Source: Aliivibrio fischeri ES114
GTDB taxonomy: Bacteria > Pseudomonadota > Gammaproteobacteria > Enterobacterales > Vibrionaceae
DNA: 32,000 bases
Reading direction: 5' to 3' (one strand)
Assembly: GCF_000011805.1 (NCBI RefSeq)
Contig: NC_006840.2
Of the stretch, positions 29,860-32,000 are shown piece after piece. A model generated the notes under the pieces. It did no database searches. It worked only from the letters and a program-made list of their open reading frames with translations, and had not been told where the DNA came from. The translations under genes and the position numbers were made by a program. Position 1 is the stretch's first letter. Each line of letters starts with the position of its first letter.

Positions 29860-30342
29860 TTAGTCACGGAAGTTAGTGAATTGGAAAGGTTGACCAAAAT
29901 CACCTTCACGAACTAATGCCATTACCGCTTGTAGATCATCACGCTTTTTACCAGTGATACGCAGTTGTTCACCTTGAATCGCTGCTTGAACTTTGATTTT
30001 AGATGCTTTGATTTCTTTTACTAATTTCTTAGCAATTAGCGTATCAACACCTTGTTTAAAATCGATGTCTTGGTAAAAATTCTTACCTGAGTGAACCGCA
30101 TCTTTGATATCCATAGCACGAGCATCAACGCCACGTTTTGCTAGGTTACCACGAAGAATATCAACTAGTTGAGACAGTTGGAAATCATCTTCAGCTTTGA
30201 TTTTGATGTTTTCGCCTTTAAGTTCAAAGCTAGCGTCAACGCCACGAAAATCAAAGCGAGTTGCAAGTTCACGTGTTGCGTTATCAACCGCATTCTTCAG
30301 TTCTACATTATCAACTTCAGAGACAATATCAAAAGCAGGCAT
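29860..30342 (-). CDS. yajQ: YajQ family (UPF0234) nucleotide-binding protein
   Basis: [35 protein letters not shown]...[20 protein letters not shown], 160 aa. Confidence 0.95.
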   Translation of the reverse strand: MPAFDIVSEVDNVELKNAVDNATRELATRFDFRGVDASFELKGENIKIKAEDDFQLSQLVDILRGNLAKRGVDARAMDIKDAVHSGKNFYQDIDFKQGVDTLIAKKLVKEIKASKIKVQAAIQGEQLRITGKKRDDLQAVMALVREGDFGQPFQFTNFRD

Positions 30343-30358
30343 AGTTTTAATCCTTAAA

Positions 30359-31411
30359 TTAACGAGATGTTTTAATAGTATTCGATAACATGTCTAACAT
30401 AGCCACGGTATCTTCCCAACTTAAACATGGGTCTGTAATAGATTGACCATAAGTTAGGTTATTTAAATCCGTCATTGGTTGGTTGCCTTCAACAATGAAG
30501 CTTTCAGCCATAATACCAACAACTTTATTGCTACCAGATTCGATTTGAGCACAAATATCTTTGGCTACATCGAGTTGGCGGCGGTGTTTTTTCTGACAGT
30601 TAGCATGACTAAAGTCAACGATTAGGTGAGGAGGCAAATCAACATCCGCTAAACGTTGACAGGCATCTGTCACTGAATCGATATCGAAGTTAGGCTTATC
30701 ATTACCACCACGAAGGATCACATGACCAAATGGGTTACCCGCAGTGCGGTAAACTGTCATACGGCCTTGTTTATCTGGCGAGTAGAAAAAGTGAGAAGCT
30801 TTCGCTGCACGAATCGCATCCATAGCAATTTGAATATTACCATTTGTACCGTTTTTGAAACCGACAGGGCATGATAATGCAGATGCCATTTCACGGTGGA
30901 TTTGAGATTCAGTTGTACGAGCGCCAACAGCACCCCAAGTGATCAAATCAGCAATATACTGACCTGTGATCATATCTAAAAACTCAGTCGCTGTAGCTAA
31001 ACCCAGTTTGTTGATATCAAGGAGTAGTTTACGAGCCTTATGTAAGCCAGCTTCAAGTGCATAGCTGCCATCTAAATTAGGATCTGTAATTAAGCCTTTC
31101 CAGCCCACAATCGTGCGCGGTTTTTCAAAATAAGTACGCATAACGATGAAAAGCTCATCTTTATACTGTTCTTGAATGTTTGCTAAGCGTTGTGCGTAAT
31201 CCAATGCTGCTTCTGTATCGTGTACAGAGCATGGTCCCACAACAACTAAAAGGCGCTTATCTTTGCCAGTTAAAATTGCTTCAACCTGCGCACGAGATTG
31301 CTCGATATGTTCAGCAACATCGTCCGTAATAGGGTGAGCAGTCGTAAGCTCAGCTGGCGTTGGCATTGGGCCTAGAGGCTGAGTACGAAGTTCATCTGTT
31401 TGAAATGGCAT
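30359..31411 (-). CDS. aroG: 3-deoxy-7-phosphoheptulonate (DAHP) synthase, class I AroF/G/H type
   Basis: [21 protein letters not shown]...[18 protein letters not shown]...[38 protein letters not shown]...[14 protein letters not shown]. Which feedback isoform (G/F/H) is not determinable by eye. Confidence 0.9.
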   Translation of the reverse strand: MPFQTDELRTQPLGPMPTPAELTTAHPITDDVAEHIEQSRAQVEAILTGKDKRLLVVVGPCSVHDTEAALDYAQRLANIQEQYKDELFIVMRTYFEKPRTIVGWKGLITDPNLDGSYALEAGLHKARKLLLDINKLGLATATEFLDMITGQYIADLITWGAVGARTTESQIHREMASALSCPVGFKNGTNGNIQIAMDAIRAAKASHFFYSPDKQGRMTVYRTAGNPFGHVILRGGNDKPNFDIDSVTDACQRLADVDLPPHLIVDFSHANCQKKHRRQLDVAKDICAQIESGSNKVVGIMAESFIVEGNQPMTDLNNLTYGQSITDPCLSWEDTVAMLDMLSNTIKTSR

Positions 31412-31619
31412 AAAAGTTCGCCTGTTAATTCTTTTTTAATACACACCGATAAGATAACGGAAAACGAGAGGGGATGAAACCCAAAACTTTTATTGTTAGC
31501 CACAATAAGTAAATAAAAGTTAACTTGTTGTATCTTTTGGACTTGAGTTGTTGGCAATGTATCGGTATGTTCACATTAATAACAACATAAATGGTATTTA
31601 CGCGTTTACTGGAGCAAGC

Positions 31620-32000
31620 ATGACAGACACAATTTTACCGACACTTAATCGTGTTGCGAGTTTACCTTCATATCAATCAGAGACAGACTCAGACGCTTCA
31701 CTATATGTATCTATTGCTGCATTAATTCAAGAGCATTTGTTTTATCACCCAAAAGCAGTAATCAAAGCACCTGAAATGACGTCAATTGATGCTCAAAGTT
31801 TTGCTGCAATCATTGAAAGTGCGGCTGATGGAAAAACGCATTTTATTGATACACTAGCAAACGTGATTTTATCGAATGTTACTGAAGCGACAAAAGAAAT
31901 CAAAATTGCATTTTCAGATGCGGATAGCGCGGCTTTTGCAGGCCTTCTTGCGGGTCAACTAGAAGAGAAAGAAACCAATCCAATGATGGGAGTTCGAGGT
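31620..32000 (+). CDS. N-terminal part of a PEP-synthase/PEP-utilising-enzyme-like protein, truncated by window edge
   Basis: ATG 31620 with GGAG RBS; open frame to window end; ends in KETNPMMGVRG, resembling the NPM(I/L)GxRG motif of PEP-utilising TIM-barrel domains. Confidence 0.6.
   Translation, partial: MTDTILPTLNRVASLPSYQSETDSDASLYVSIAALIQEHLFYHPKAVIKAPEMTSIDAQSFAAIIESAADGKTHFIDTLANVILSNVTEATKEIKIAFSDADSAAFAGLLAGQLEEKETNPMMGVRG

Noticed and set aside
30342-31411. yajQ followed by DAHP synthase as a new functional operon
   Set aside because: Only 16 nt apart, so cotranscription is possible, but nothing in the sequence suggests a novel pathway; both are ordinary housekeeping genes.

Overview
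The window looks like a Vibrionaceae chromosome segment, probably Aliivibrio/Vibrio-like judging by gene content and AT-rich composition. Most of it is a conserved backbone: thrS (5' truncated)-infC-rpmI-rplT; a ferric-reductase-like membrane flavoprotein; a complete haem uptake locus (tonB1-exbB1-exbD1-hutBCD divergent from hutWXZ, with a Fur-box-like operator between them); a TonB-dependent receptor with its own strong Fur-box-like site; pheS-pheT; ihfA; astE-like; an M3-family oligoendopeptidase; yajQ; a DAHP synthase; and the start of a PEP-synthase-like gene. The main accessory feature is an approx. 8 kb type VI secretion auxiliary islet (about 12.06-19.70 kb). It encodes a VgrG, a DUF4123/VasW-like adaptor, a 1086-aa VasX-like membrane-active effector, and two tandem paralogous membrane proteins that are probably immunity proteins. 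The islet sits between the haem-utilisation genes and the TonB receptor. Other points of interest are the non-AUG (ATT) start of infC, missed by the ORF track; a terminator-like 11-bp hairpin between infC and rpmI; a terminator plus about 0.5 kb non-coding gap separating pheT from ihfA; two divergent copies of a possible interspersed palindromic repeat; and a receptor plug/barrel motif (FKAP...NPDL) that departs from the classic FRAP/NPNL haem signature. All family assignments come from reading the translations by eye; no database search was run.
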